DNA of 64,000 nucleotides from Candidatus Hydrogenedentota bacterium (GCA_034669905.1 JAXMOL010000034.1:21716-85715), one strand, 5' to 3'; counted from the first letter of the stretch, positions 30,016-39,499 are shown. The notes: generated by a model from the sequence alone, not told the origin. Made by a program: numbers and translations.

Positions 30016-30678
30016 ATGTACGGTTTGGTTTTTGATGTGGATGGTGTCCTTGGCGACACCGAGGGTTTGAGCGTAAAAGCCACCAGCCGTATGTATGAAA
30101 CCCTCTACGGTCTGAAGGTCCAGCCGGAAGAGTTTACGCCGTATATCGGCACCGGTGCAGAGGTGTATTGCATTGAGCCCGCGCGCAAGCACGGCATCGA
30201 GATTGATGTGGCCGAGGCAGTCGAATTGCGGCACCAGTACTTTTTGGAACTCCTGGAATCGGATCCGGACATTTCCTTTCCGGGAATCCATCCCCTCATC
30301 GAGGCGACGGCCGCCGCACCCGATTGGAAACTGGGTATTGCCACCTCCAGCCCCGGGAAAAAGTCGGCCCAGACCCTGAAATCCTCACGGGTGAACACCG
30401 ACTTGTTTGATGCCTGGATCCATGGCGACATGATTACCCACAAGAAGCCCCACCCCGAGATTTACGAGACGGCCGCCCGTGAACTGGGCCTTTCCCCCAC
30501 CGACTGCGTGGCGGTGGAAGATGCCATTCTTGGCGTCCAGTCGGCGAAGACCGCCGGGATGAAGGTCATTGCCGTGACCAATTCCTTTACCGCCGAAGAA
30601 TTGCGTGAAGCCGATGTGGTGGTCTCGTCGCTGGAAATGGTGACGTTGCAGACCGCCTTGAAGCTGCTCACGGACTGA
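30016..30678 (+). CDS. HAD-superfamily hydrolase (beta-PGM/CbbY-like)
   Basis: FDVDGVLGDT, ATSS, KKPHPEIY, VEDA. Confidence 0.88.
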   Translation: MYGLVFDVDGVLGDTEGLSVKATSRMYETLYGLKVQPEEFTPYIGTGAEVYCIEPARKHGIEIDVAEAVELRHQYFLELLESDPDISFPGIHPLIEATAAAPDWKLGIATSSPGKKSAQTLKSSRVNTDLFDAWIHGDMITHKKPHPEIYETAARELGLSPTDCVAVEDAILGVQSAKTAGMKVIAVTNSFTAEELREADVVVSSLEMVTLQTALKLLTD

Positions 30679-30684
30679 TTCAAC

Positions 30685-31341
30685 ATGGATGCACCAAAGG
30701 CCCATGACCTGGAAGTGATTCGGGAGCCGGTCCCGGTGGCCTATGAGGCCATATGGGCGCGTCAGCAGGCCCGTCATCAGGGCGTGGCCGAAGGGCGCTT
30801 GCCAGACACGCTCTATCTGCTGGAGCATTCCGCCGTCGTAACCATGGGGAAAGAGAGCCACGATGAAAACCTGTTGCTCTCCCCCGCGGATTTTGCGGCG
30901 CACGGTGTGGAGCTCGTGAAGACCAGCCGTGGCGGCGACGTGACCTACCATGGTCCGGGGCAATTGGTCGCCTACCCTATCCTCAATCTGAACCACTGGA
31001 AACTTTCGGTGGGCTGGTATCTGCGCAGCCTGGAAAGTGTATTGATTGATGTGCTGGCCGACTATGGCCTTCAGGGTTCGCGCGTAGAAGGACGAACGGG
31101 GGTCTGGGTGGGGGATGCCAAAGTGGCGGCCATCGGGATTGCGTTGCGGAAGTGGACCACCCTGCACGGTATCGCGCTGAACGTATCCCCCAACATGGAT
31201 CACTTTGGATACATCATCCCCTGCGGCATTGCGGACAAGCCGGTGACTTCGCTGGCCCAACTGCTCGACACGCCTCCCCCCATCGACGAGGTGGCGGACC
31301 GCTTTGAGGGACACTTCCGACGGCACTTCGACTGCGTCTGA
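30685..31341 (+). CDS. lipB: Octanoyltransferase
   Basis: LLEH, RGGDVTYHGPGQLV, KVAAIG, HGIALN, IIPCG. Confidence 0.95.
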   Translation: MDAPKAHDLEVIREPVPVAYEAIWARQQARHQGVAEGRLPDTLYLLEHSAVVTMGKESHDENLLLSPADFAAHGVELVKTSRGGDVTYHGPGQLVAYPILNLNHWKLSVGWYLRSLESVLIDVLADYGLQGSRVEGRTGVWVGDAKVAAIGIALRKWTTLHGIALNVSPNMDHFGYIIPCGIADKPVTSLAQLLDTPPPIDEVADRFEGHFRRHFDCV

Positions 31342-31451
31342 TGGGGCATTGAGTTGCGGCGAGGACTGCAAGCGATTGGCTTCAATCAGACCGCTCGTGC
31401 AGGTAGCCCCTCCCCGTGGCCGGGATTAATCCGGTGCGTCCCATCAATTCA

Positions 31452-32495
31452 CTAACGCAGGGGGCCTTTCCCGGCACCGGTTGCCGGGGCTGCCTGTTGT
31501 TGTGCCGCCTGTTCCTGGGCCTGTTTCAGTTGTTCCAAAGTCTGTTGGATGTTGGGTTGATCGGGATTCGCTTTCAGCGAAGACTCATAGCTGCTCCGGG
31601 CCCCTGGATAGTCCCCCATCTGGAGTTGAATCGCGGCGAGAAAATTCCACTTCGCCGTGTCATCAGGGGCGAGGCGCGCTGCCCGTTGTGCCGCGAGAAC
31701 CGCCTGGGGCAGGCGTGCCGCTGCGTAGAGCAGACGGGCATAGGCATCGTGATTTTCGGCCGTGTCGCTGAAGCTTCTACGGTGTTCGTCAAAGTCTACC
31801 AGCGCCAGGCGCAACTGCCGACGCAGCAGAATATCATAGGGTTGGGCCTCCTTGCCGAGGGCGGAGAGTCGCGTGCCGGCTTCCGGTATGTTGCCCCGGA
31901 AAACGTCCACAACCAATTGTCCCAATTGGGCGCGCACATTGCCGCTCTCGATGGCGAGGGCCGCCTCAAAGGCCTGATGGGCGGCCCGGGGCATGCCGCT
32001 GTCGATGTAGTAGCTCCCCAATTCATTCCACGTGGTGACCGCTTCAGCCGACTGGTCATCCCGTTCCAGCGCGTTGTAGAGGGCGTTGATTCCTTCTTCC
32101 TCGTATTTCGTGCCCATGTTGAGGAGTCCGGTCCCCCGCTCCCGCCAGAGCGCGGCGTGGTCCAGTCCATCATCCAGTGCCTTTTTCGCGAAGGCTGCTG
32201 CCAGGTCGTGGTCGCCTCTCAGGCGGACGGCCGTAATGTATCCCATCGCGTTGGCCACGTCGGGCGTATCGGCGTACTGGGTTTCGAAGGCGAGGGCGGC
32301 ATCGGAGAGGGCGTCTGCCGCATTGCGCTCTTGCTGGGCATAGGTTGCGCTGTCACGATTGGCCAGGGCTTCCTGTTGCTGTGCAATTGCCGCTTCGTAA
32401 CGCTTCAAGGCTTCTCCGCCGGATACGGCAGGCTGGGCCATCGCCGGGGAAAGGGCGGCCAGCAAGAGGAGGGTCGGCAGCAGTGCGTGCCCCAT
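31452..32495 (-). CDS. Secreted TPR-repeat protein
   Basis: Signal peptide, several TPR-like helical pairs; ATG overlaps hflX stop (TGATG). Confidence 0.8.
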   Translation of the reverse strand: MGHALLPTLLLLAALSPAMAQPAVSGGEALKRYEAAIAQQQEALANRDSATYAQQERNAADALSDAALAFETQYADTPDVANAMGYITAVRLRGDHDLAAAFAKKALDDGLDHAALWRERGTGLLNMGTKYEEEGINALYNALERDDQSAEAVTTWNELGSYYIDSGMPRAAHQAFEAALAIESGNVRAQLGQLVVDVFRGNIPEAGTRLSALGKEAQPYDILLRRQLRLALVDFDEHRRSFSDTAENHDAYARLLYAAARLPQAVLAAQRAARLAPDDTAKWNFLAAIQLQMGDYPGARSSYESSLKANPDQPNIQQTLEQLKQAQEQAAQQQAAPATGAGKGPLR

Positions 32496-34123
32496 CAGGT
32501 AACGTGTGTAAGATCTTCGGACCACAGGTCGGTCTCCATTTTGGTCAGTAGGTCAGAAAAGGAACTGCGGTCCAGGGCGCTCAGCGGAAAGCCATTAAAC
32601 CGTTCGGTCAGGCCCGCGAGGGTCTCGGGATCGCACTTGTCCTGCTTGTTCAGAACACAGTAGGTGGGTTTCGTGTCCAGTTCCAATTCGCGCAGGAGTT
32701 TCACTACGGTGTCGAACTTGTCTTCAAAGTCGGGGCATGATGCGTCAATTACATGGAGGAGCATGTCGGCATCATGAAGCTCTTCAAAGGTCGTGCGGAA
32801 GGCCGCCTTGAGCTCTTTGGGGAGTTCCCGTATGAATCCCACGGTGTCGGTGATGATAACTTCCCGCTCCTGGGGAAAACGGATACGTCGCGATACGGGA
32901 TTCAGGGTCGCGAAGAGGGCATCCTCGGCGGTCACCTGGCTGTTGGTCAGGTGATTGAGGAGGGTCGATTTACCGGCGTTGGTATAGCCTACCACGGCGA
33001 CGGTGGGTACGCCCTTCCGTTTGCGAACACCACGCCGGAGTTCTCGTCGGTCACCCAATTTACTGACTTCCCGTTCGAGCCGGGCGATACGATCGCTGGC
33101 CCGGCGTCGGTCCACTTCCAGTTTGGTTTCACCCGGACCGCGCCCACCGATTCCTCCCGTCAGACGGGAGAAGGCGGAACTCTTCATGCCAAGGAAGGGC
33201 TGACGATAGCGCAACTGGGCGAGCTCTACCTGGAGCTTCCCTTCCCGGGTGACGGCGTGGAGGGCAAAGATATCGAGAATTACCTGGGTGCGGTCCACCA
33301 CCTTGAGGTCCGTGAACTCGCTGATGCTTTTCATCTGTGACGGAGACAGGGCCATATCGAAAACGATGGTTTCGGCTCCGAGTTGCATGGCCTTGATGAT
33401 GGCCGATTTGAGCTTGCCCTTACCGGTTACAAACTTGGGATCGGGATTTCGCCGCTGGATGATCTCATGGACTACCGTGATGCCGGCACTACGGGCCAGC
33501 TCTTTCAGTTCGTCGATAGAGTCCTGCGCCGCCGTATGGGGACGCCCCGAGACGTGGATAACGACGGCCCGGTCCATGTTGTCACCGCTTTCCCGTCCCC
33601 AGCTCTGGCGGGAAAACTCGTCCTCCAGTGCACCGATGAAGGCGAGAAAGTCTTCGGGTAAGTCGTGGACCCTGGTCTTTTCCAGCAGGGTCCAGGGCTC
33701 ATCCCCATCGTTGGCCGGCATGAGGTGGGCGCGGTGTACTGTGCCCGGGAGTCCCTCCGGGCCGACCTCGATGGCCGCGATACAATCGAGTCGCAGCAGG
33801 GCCAGGTCGGTGAGATCGTCGTCATTGAGCGCTTCCTGATTCAGGTGGGTGTGCACCAGACGAAGGCCGCAGAGTCGGTTACGGCCACGGCGGTTGATGT
33901 CGGGCAGAAAGAGGGAGCGCGCATCGCCGACCACGGCGGCGGATACCCGGCCACGTCGATCAATCAAGAGCCCGATTTGCCGATTGAGCTCGCGGGACAA
34001 TTCGGTGATGGCCCGGGCCAGCTCCGGGGAAATCAATTGGTCCGGGGCGACCTTGCGCTTGGAAAGTTTCTCCAACTGTTTGGTCTGATAGGCCTTGAGG
34101 CCCGATGTGTTACCGCTTAGCAG
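32495..34123 (-). CDS. hflX: GTPase HflX (long form), probable CTG start
   Basis: DRTQVILDIF, GKLQVELAQL, GRGPGETKLE, GYTNAGKS, DTVG, NKQD; N-terminal GNTSGLK segment lies upstream of the first TTG. Confidence 0.93.
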   Translation of the reverse strand: MLSGNTSGLKAYQTKQLEKLSKRKVAPDQLISPELARAITELSRELNRQIGLLIDRRGRVSAAVVGDARSLFLPDINRRGRNRLCGLRLVHTHLNQEALNDDDLTDLALLRLDCIAAIEVGPEGLPGTVHRAHLMPANDGDEPWTLLEKTRVHDLPEDFLAFIGALEDEFSRQSWGRESGDNMDRAVVIHVSGRPHTAAQDSIDELKELARSAGITVVHEIIQRRNPDPKFVTGKGKLKSAIIKAMQLGAETIVFDMALSPSQMKSISEFTDLKVVDRTQVILDIFALHAVTREGKLQVELAQLRYRQPFLGMKSSAFSRLTGGIGGRGPGETKLEVDRRRASDRIARLEREVSKLGDRRELRRGVRKRKGVPTVAVVGYTNAGKSTLLNHLTNSQVTAEDALFATLNPVSRRIRFPQEREVIITDTVGFIRELPKELKAAFRTTFEELHDADMLLHVIDASCPDFEDKFDTVVKLLRELELDTKPTYCVLNKQDKCDPETLAGLTERFNGFPLSALDRSSFSDLLTKMETDLWSEDLTHVT

Positions 34124-34265
34124 GGGATGCTACTCCTTTTGGAAACAGTTTGTCGTTAACGACCTGTCTTCGTCTATCGTACTATGGGGACCGGACGGGG
34201 TACAACAAAAACGACCCCATCCACTAAGGATAGGGTCGTTATGCATACCAAGTACACGTAATTGA

Positions 34266-35243
34266 CTACTGGAGCATGATGCGGCGAATGATCCGCTGCG
34301 ACTCCGTGGCGTCAAGGGTCTTCTGGGCTTTACGCAGTTCGGAGGTGTCCAGTTTTTCCAATTTCTTGTAGAGGATGGACAGGTTTCCGATGGCTATCTG
34401 GAGTGCGTGGGTCGGCTCGATGCGCTGGGGCAGCATGTCGACCGTAAGATAGCCTTTGTATTTGGCCGTCTTAAGATAGAAGAGGGCCTCCATGCATTCC
34501 CAGAGATTGAGGCTGCCCGGAATCATGGCGTCGTCCCACATGCGGTAGCTGTCACTGAAATACATCTGGAACAGCTTACTGGAACGGGTCAGGAAGGCAA
34601 TGGACTCGGCGGGGTTTTCGCCCGACATCATGGCGTGGGAGAAATTCAGGGCCACGCCGACGTTTTTCATGGCGATTTCCTGACACATGGACAAGGCCTT
34701 GCCCACGGTGGCCACGGTCAAGTGCTTGCGGGGTTCACGGGGCTTGTAGGCGATCGCCACGTTGACATCAGGAGACGCATATTTGGCAATGGTCTTGATG
34801 GACGAGATGACCGTATTCCAGTGGGCCGTATAGTCCACCTGGAAGGGATAGTCGAAGCCATCGGTGTTGAGACGAAGGGTGATTTCAGTGGCACCAAGCG
34901 CACGGGCCAGATCAGCGGCTTTGCGGCCTTCGTCGATGGCCGCATTACGGGTTTTCTGGTGCTGGTGGCCGAAGCCCGCCAGAGAAAAGCGTCGGGAATG
35001 GCAGAGATTGGTGTTAACGCCGGAACACGCGAGGCCATTATCTTTCAGAAGGCGTTTCATGTCCTTCACCGGAAGATCGGAAGAAATGTCCGTTTGGCTG
35101 ACTTCGACGCCCTTCAGGCCCTTAATCTTTGCCGCAAGTGAAACCGCCTCGGTGACTTTGGGCACGTCGCGATACCCCTCCACGCAATAGCGATCAGGGT
35201 TGCTCGAAAAGACCCACAGTCCCGTGGAAAATTTTGCGGTCAT
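34266..35243 (-). CDS. Xylose/rhamnose isomerase-like TIM barrel protein, apparently catalytically degenerate
   Basis: DGFDYPFQVDY, AYKPREPR, LNFSHA, GENPAES, WDDAMIPGS. Confidence 0.8.
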   Translation of the reverse strand: MTAKFSTGLWVFSSNPDRYCVEGYRDVPKVTEAVSLAAKIKGLKGVEVSQTDISSDLPVKDMKRLLKDNGLACSGVNTNLCHSRRFSLAGFGHQHQKTRNAAIDEGRKAADLARALGATEITLRLNTDGFDYPFQVDYTAHWNTVISSIKTIAKYASPDVNVAIAYKPREPRKHLTVATVGKALSMCQEIAMKNVGVALNFSHAMMSGENPAESIAFLTRSSKLFQMYFSDSYRMWDDAMIPGSLNLWECMEALFYLKTAKYKGYLTVDMLPQRIEPTHALQIAIGNLSILYKKLEKLDTSELRKAQKTLDATESQRIIRRIMLQ

Positions 35244-35430
35244 TATTGTCTCCTATTACATACTAGTGGCCTGTCAAAAAAAATAAGGCCGGGTTGGACG
35301 TGCACTACATGTGTGACGTAATCTGGTCCTGCATGGTACGCCGAAAATGCACTTCATACCTCTTGAAAAGGGGGAAGTATCAGAGAGCGTATTCCTGTCG
35401 GGTGCAGGTCGCAGGCCATCCGTACGACGC

Positions 35431-35459
35431 ATTATAGGTGATAACTACAGGAATGTCAA
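35431..35459 (-). promoter_or_regulatory. Consensus sigma70 promoter
   Basis: TTGACA-17 bp-TATAAT on the minus strand, about 190 bp upstream of ATG 35243. Confidence 0.85.
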
Positions 35460-35558
35460 CAGGTTCTATAAGCTTCCCGGCTTCCTGTTGTGTCGCCTGG
35501 GAACTGTGAAAATCACATAATACTCCTACTGTGACGCCGCCCGGCTGACGCCTCCTGT

Positions 35559-35682
35559 AAAAAATAAGAGGCGAGTGCAGGTAGCGGGGGAACTACCGTA
35601 TTGCACTCGCCGGTGGTGGGAACCAGTCATTGCTGACTGATAACGTCGGGAAATCTGGGGGAAAGATTTCATGCGACGTCAC
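35559..35682 (-). ncRNA. Candidate small RNA: three hairpins with C-rich motifs, ending in a terminator
   Basis: P1 GUGACGUCG/CGACGUUAU plus GAAAUCU/AGAUUUC; P2 CAGUCA-GCAA-UGACUG; terminator GGCGAGUGCA/UGCACUCGCC then UCUUAUUUUUU. Confidence 0.55.
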
Positions 35683-35891
35683 CATAGGAAACATCCTTTT
35701 CGTGCCCGGTATTCCCGTTATGTGCCATTGAATTGAAAAAAAGTTGCCGTTGGCGTCGGAGCCGGTAAATGGACCCCTTTCGGGCCCTGGATTTCCTGCC
35801 AGGACCGGTGCTGCGTAAAAATTCCCGGGAGCCCAGCGGGACGGAGTACAGGGGGTTGACGCATGAAGGGGCTATGTAGCATAGTGTCGGC

Positions 35892-37040
35892 ATGTCAATC
35901 TCCAACGCACAGCGCCAGTGGTTGACCCTGAAAATGATTCCTGGGGTAGGGACCACGCTATTTGTTCGCCTTCTGTCACGTTTTGGAACGCCTCAGGAGG
36001 TCTTGAGGGCACCCGAATCTGCCTTGCGTGACGTGGTCGGCCCCAAGTTGGCCCAGCGCATCGGGGCCTATCGGGACGTGGTTGATGTGGAGCGTCAGAT
36101 CGCCCTATTGGGCGAGTATGGTGCCGAAATCACCACCATGGACGACCCGACCTATCCCCTGCTACTCGCGGAAATCTATGACCCGCCCCTGGTGCTCTTC
36201 AGTCGCGGCATTCTGGCGGCGCCCGACGCACCCTGTGTGGCCTTGGTCGGTACGCGCAAACCTTCCTCGTACGGACTGCGGATGGCCCGGGGGCTGGCCT
36301 ATGATCTGGCACTTCGGGGTATTACGGTGGTCAGCGGGATGGCGGAGGGGGTGGATACTGCGGCCCATGAGGGGGCGCTGGAGGCGGGCGGTCACACCAT
36401 CGCAGTTCTTGGCTGCGGCGTGGACGTGGTATATCCTCCTCGAAACGCAGAACTCATGCATCGTATTATTCAGCAGGGCGCGGTCTATTCCTGTTTTGAA
36501 ATGGGCGTCAAGCCCTCGAAGGGTCATTTCCCCTACCGAAACCGGATCATCAGCGGCCTCTCGCTGGGTACCGTCGTTGTCGAAGCACCCGTAGGCAGTG
36601 GCTCGCTGATTACCGCACGCAATGCCGCCGAACAAGGCCGGGAAGTCTATGCGGTGCCAGGCGAGGCGGGTTCCTACAACAGCCGCGGCCCCCACGCCCT
36701 GCTGCGTGAAGGGGCGAAGCTGGTGGAAAGTGCCGAGGATATCGTGGTGGAACTCAATCTGGAGGCGGCCCAGCGCCAGGCACCCGCGCGTGAGCCCCAA
36801 GTCCCCACCGTTCCGTCTCCGGAAGGGCCCGCCACCACGGTGATCGCGGCTCCCCCACGCCCCAACCTGAGCGCCACGGAGCAGGTCGTCATGGATGTGC
36901 TGCACCGGGAAGGCTCCTTCGTGGACGAGATTGCGGCGGCGGGCCGGGTCTCCGTTTCTGAAGCCTTGAGTGCCTTGACCATGCTGGAGCTCAAGGGCCT
37001 CGTTCGGCAGTTCAGCGGGAAGCGCTTTGCCCTGCGCTGA
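35892..37040 (+). CDS. dprA: DNA-processing protein DprA
   Basis: YPLLLAEIYDPP, VGTR, VSGMAEGVD, FPYRNRIISG, GSLITA; C-terminal winged helix. Confidence 0.95.
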   Translation: MSISNAQRQWLTLKMIPGVGTTLFVRLLSRFGTPQEVLRAPESALRDVVGPKLAQRIGAYRDVVDVERQIALLGEYGAEITTMDDPTYPLLLAEIYDPPLVLFSRGILAAPDAPCVALVGTRKPSSYGLRMARGLAYDLALRGITVVSGMAEGVDTAAHEGALEAGGHTIAVLGCGVDVVYPPRNAELMHRIIQQGAVYSCFEMGVKPSKGHFPYRNRIISGLSLGTVVVEAPVGSGSLITARNAAEQGREVYAVPGEAGSYNSRGPHALLREGAKLVESAEDIVVELNLEAAQRQAPAREPQVPTVPSPEGPATTVIAAPPRPNLSATEQVVMDVLHREGSFVDEIAAAGRVSVSEALSALTMLELKGLVRQFSGKRFALR

Positions 37041-37121
37041 CGGGATGACTTGCGGAAGATGGCGGGTGTGACGTACATTCACGAGGCTGTTGACCGCATT
37101 TCCAACCGACGGTAACTCCCG

Positions 37122-38132
37122 ATGAAATCCTATTTCGACATGCTCGCCATGCGTGTGCGACTCGGCGAACCCCTGCCCGTGTTCTGGGATGTGCTCCTGC
37201 GCGCCCTGACGCCCCTGCCCCGATTCGGCATGGCCCGTCGCTTGCAGCAGACACCGGTCCGAGTGGATGCCCGGGTGGTGAGTTTTGGCAATATTAGCAC
37301 CGGCGGAACGGGCAAGACGCCGGCCGTTATCGAGCGGGTTCAGGCTGAACTGGCACAAGGGAAGCGGGTTGCCGTTGTCACCCGGGGCTATGGCAGCGAG
37401 CGGGTAAAGGAACCTTTCGTAGTCCCCCCCACACTCGATCTGGCCACCGTGGCCCGACAGGTGGGGGACGAGCCCGCGCTTATCCGCTACCATGCGCCCG
37501 CGTGTATCCTGATCAAGGCGGCGAAGCGTGTGGACGGAGCCCGATTGGCCGTTTCCGAGTTGGGCTGTGACGTTATTGTGCTGGACGACGCCTTCCAGCA
37601 TGTGGCCCTGGCCCGTGATGAGAACCACTGCCTCATTGACGCGTCCAACCCGTTTGGAAGTGGCCATCTGGTGCCCCGAGGCATTTTACGGGAGCCGCTG
37701 GAAGCCCTGCATCGGGCCACCCACATTCACCTGACGCGCTGCGATCAGGCGCAGGACCTGGAAAAACTGCGTGCCCAGATTGGAGCCGTCGTCCCCCATC
37801 TGCCCATTCGGGAGAGCTACCACGCTCCCGGTCGCTTCTGGTACGTGCGCAGTGGTGACGTGGTAGAAGACGCCGTAGTCGAGGATATTCGGTTGCGTGG
37901 TGTTACGGCCGTGTCGGCTATCGGAAATCCCGAGGCTTTCAGCCGTACCCTGGCGTGCTTGGGGATCCCGGTAAACCTGGCGTGGTGCTGTTCGGATCAT
38001 GCGCAGATTGACCGTGAAGCGTTGGACCGTCCCGGCTATATAATGACCACGGAGAAAGATGCCATGCGTATCGTCTCTCCCCCGGAAAACCTGATTGCCT
38101 TGGAAATAGTTTTAAAGGATTGGAATGATTGA
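37122..38132 (+). CDS. lpxK: Tetraacyldisaccharide 4'-kinase
   Basis: GNISTGGTGKTP, RGYG, GDEP, LDDAFQH, GILREP, TTEKDA. Confidence 0.93.
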   Translation: MKSYFDMLAMRVRLGEPLPVFWDVLLRALTPLPRFGMARRLQQTPVRVDARVVSFGNISTGGTGKTPAVIERVQAELAQGKRVAVVTRGYGSERVKEPFVVPPTLDLATVARQVGDEPALIRYHAPACILIKAAKRVDGARLAVSELGCDVIVLDDAFQHVALARDENHCLIDASNPFGSGHLVPRGILREPLEALHRATHIHLTRCDQAQDLEKLRAQIGAVVPHLPIRESYHAPGRFWYVRSGDVVEDAVVEDIRLRGVTAVSAIGNPEAFSRTLACLGIPVNLAWCCSDHAQIDREALDRPGYIMTTEKDAMRIVSPPENLIALEIVLKDWND

Positions 38133-39499
38133 TGACACAGCGACGAATTGCGACTTTCCTGGCGCTCTTGTTGGTGATGATGGGTAGTGTGTTCTCGGTT
38201 GGCGCCGCGGAATTTCCGACCGTCTTTCGGGCGGGTTTTGCCCAGGTCGAGATAACGCCCACCGTCCCGGTACCCCTGTGGGGATACGGCAAAGCACATC
38301 GTCCGGAAAATATTTCGACGGGGATACATGATCCGCTCTTCGCGAAAGTATTGGTACTCGAGGCGGATGAGTCCCGTGTGGCCCTCGTGGGCCTGGATCT
38401 TGGGCGCCCCCCTTTCGAACCCACCGTGCGTAGGATACAGACCCGGGTTCGGCAACGGGCGAACATCGACCACGTGCTCCTCGTGGCGTCCCATACGCAC
38501 CACGGACCCGCACTGGAATTGGTCCCGGTTGGGGAGGAATCAGACCCGGCACTGGACAATGCCTTTGCCTATTACAAAGAATTGGAAGGCAAGTTGGTCG
38601 ACGTCATCGGGGCGGCTGCCGAAAACCTCGCGGAGGCGCAGATCGGTTGGGTGAGCGGAAAAACGCAGGTCAACCGGAACCGTCACACCAAGGAAGCGCC
38701 CATTCCCCGGGACGACGAACTCTTTGTATTGCGGGTGGATGGGCTTTCAGGTGAGCCTATTGCCACGTTGGTGAATATGGCGGCCCACCCGACCAACCAT
38801 CCCCATGGGAACAATCAATTCAGTGCCGACTTCCCGGGTGTCATGATGGCCGCCGTCGAAAAGGAAACGGGAGCGCCGTGTCTTTTCCTGCAGGGGGCGG
38901 CCGGGGACATGCAATGCGATGTGGATGACAGCCAATGGGGCAAGGTGGACCAGATGGTGGCGCCGGGCGAAGCTTTGGCTGCCGAAGTCCTGGCCCTTCA
39001 TGCAAACCTGCGCACGGCGGTCCCCAAAATCCCGGATGTGCGGGGAATGGAGAATACCTTCTCTTTTCCCTTGCGCCTGGATTTGACGGACCCGGCGACC
39101 TCGGAGGGGATGCGCGCGGGGTTTGGCGACGCGCTCTATGAAAGCTACCGGGGAAAGTATGGCGCGGGTGTTATGCATCCAAAGCTCACGACGGTGCTGC
39201 TCAATGGGGAGCTCGCTTTCGTGGGGGCCTCGGGGGAGTTTTTCAGCGACCTTTCCGTTCAGTTGAAGACCCGCACAACGGAGGCCAAAGCGGTCTTCCT
39301 GGGCTACTGCAACGGCCACGATATGTATTTCCCGACGGAGCGGGCTATCGCCCAGGGAGGTTACGGTGCAGAGCCGTCCAGTGCCTGGGTAACGCCTGGT
39401 GGACCGGAGCAGATGATGGCCCGTGCGGTATACAACATCGCCGAGCTGCATCGGACGTTCGCGCGTGACCGGTTGCCGACGGAGCAGCCAGCGCCCTGA
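38129..39499 (+). CDS. Neutral/alkaline ceramidase-like secreted hydrolase
   Basis: Signal peptide; ITP, HDPL, ASHTHHGP, AHPT, SADFPG, QGAAGD, GEFF. Confidence 0.8.
   Translation: MMTQRRIATFLALLLVMMGSVFSVGAAEFPTVFRAGFAQVEITPTVPVPLWGYGKAHRPENISTGIHDPLFAKVLVLEADESRVALVGLDLGRPPFEPTVRRIQTRVRQRANIDHVLLVASHTHHGPALELVPVGEESDPALDNAFAYYKELEGKLVDVIGAAAENLAEAQIGWVSGKTQVNRNRHTKEAPIPRDDELFVLRVDGLSGEPIATLVNMAAHPTNHPHGNNQFSADFPGVMMAAVEKETGAPCLFLQGAAGDMQCDVDDSQWGKVDQMVAPGEALAAEVLALHANLRTAVPKIPDVRGMENTFSFPLRLDLTDPATSEGMRAGFGDALYESYRGKYGAGVMHPKLTTVLLNGELAFVGASGEFFSDLSVQLKTRTTEAKAVFLGYCNGHDMYFPTERAIAQGGYGAEPSSAWVTPGGPEQMMARAVYNIAELHRTFARDRLPTEQPAP

Noticed and set aside
35276..35359. 27-codon Cys-containing ORF in the isomerase-like gene leader (minus strand)
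   Set aside because: SD-like AAGAGG is only 1 nt from the ATG and there is no other coding support
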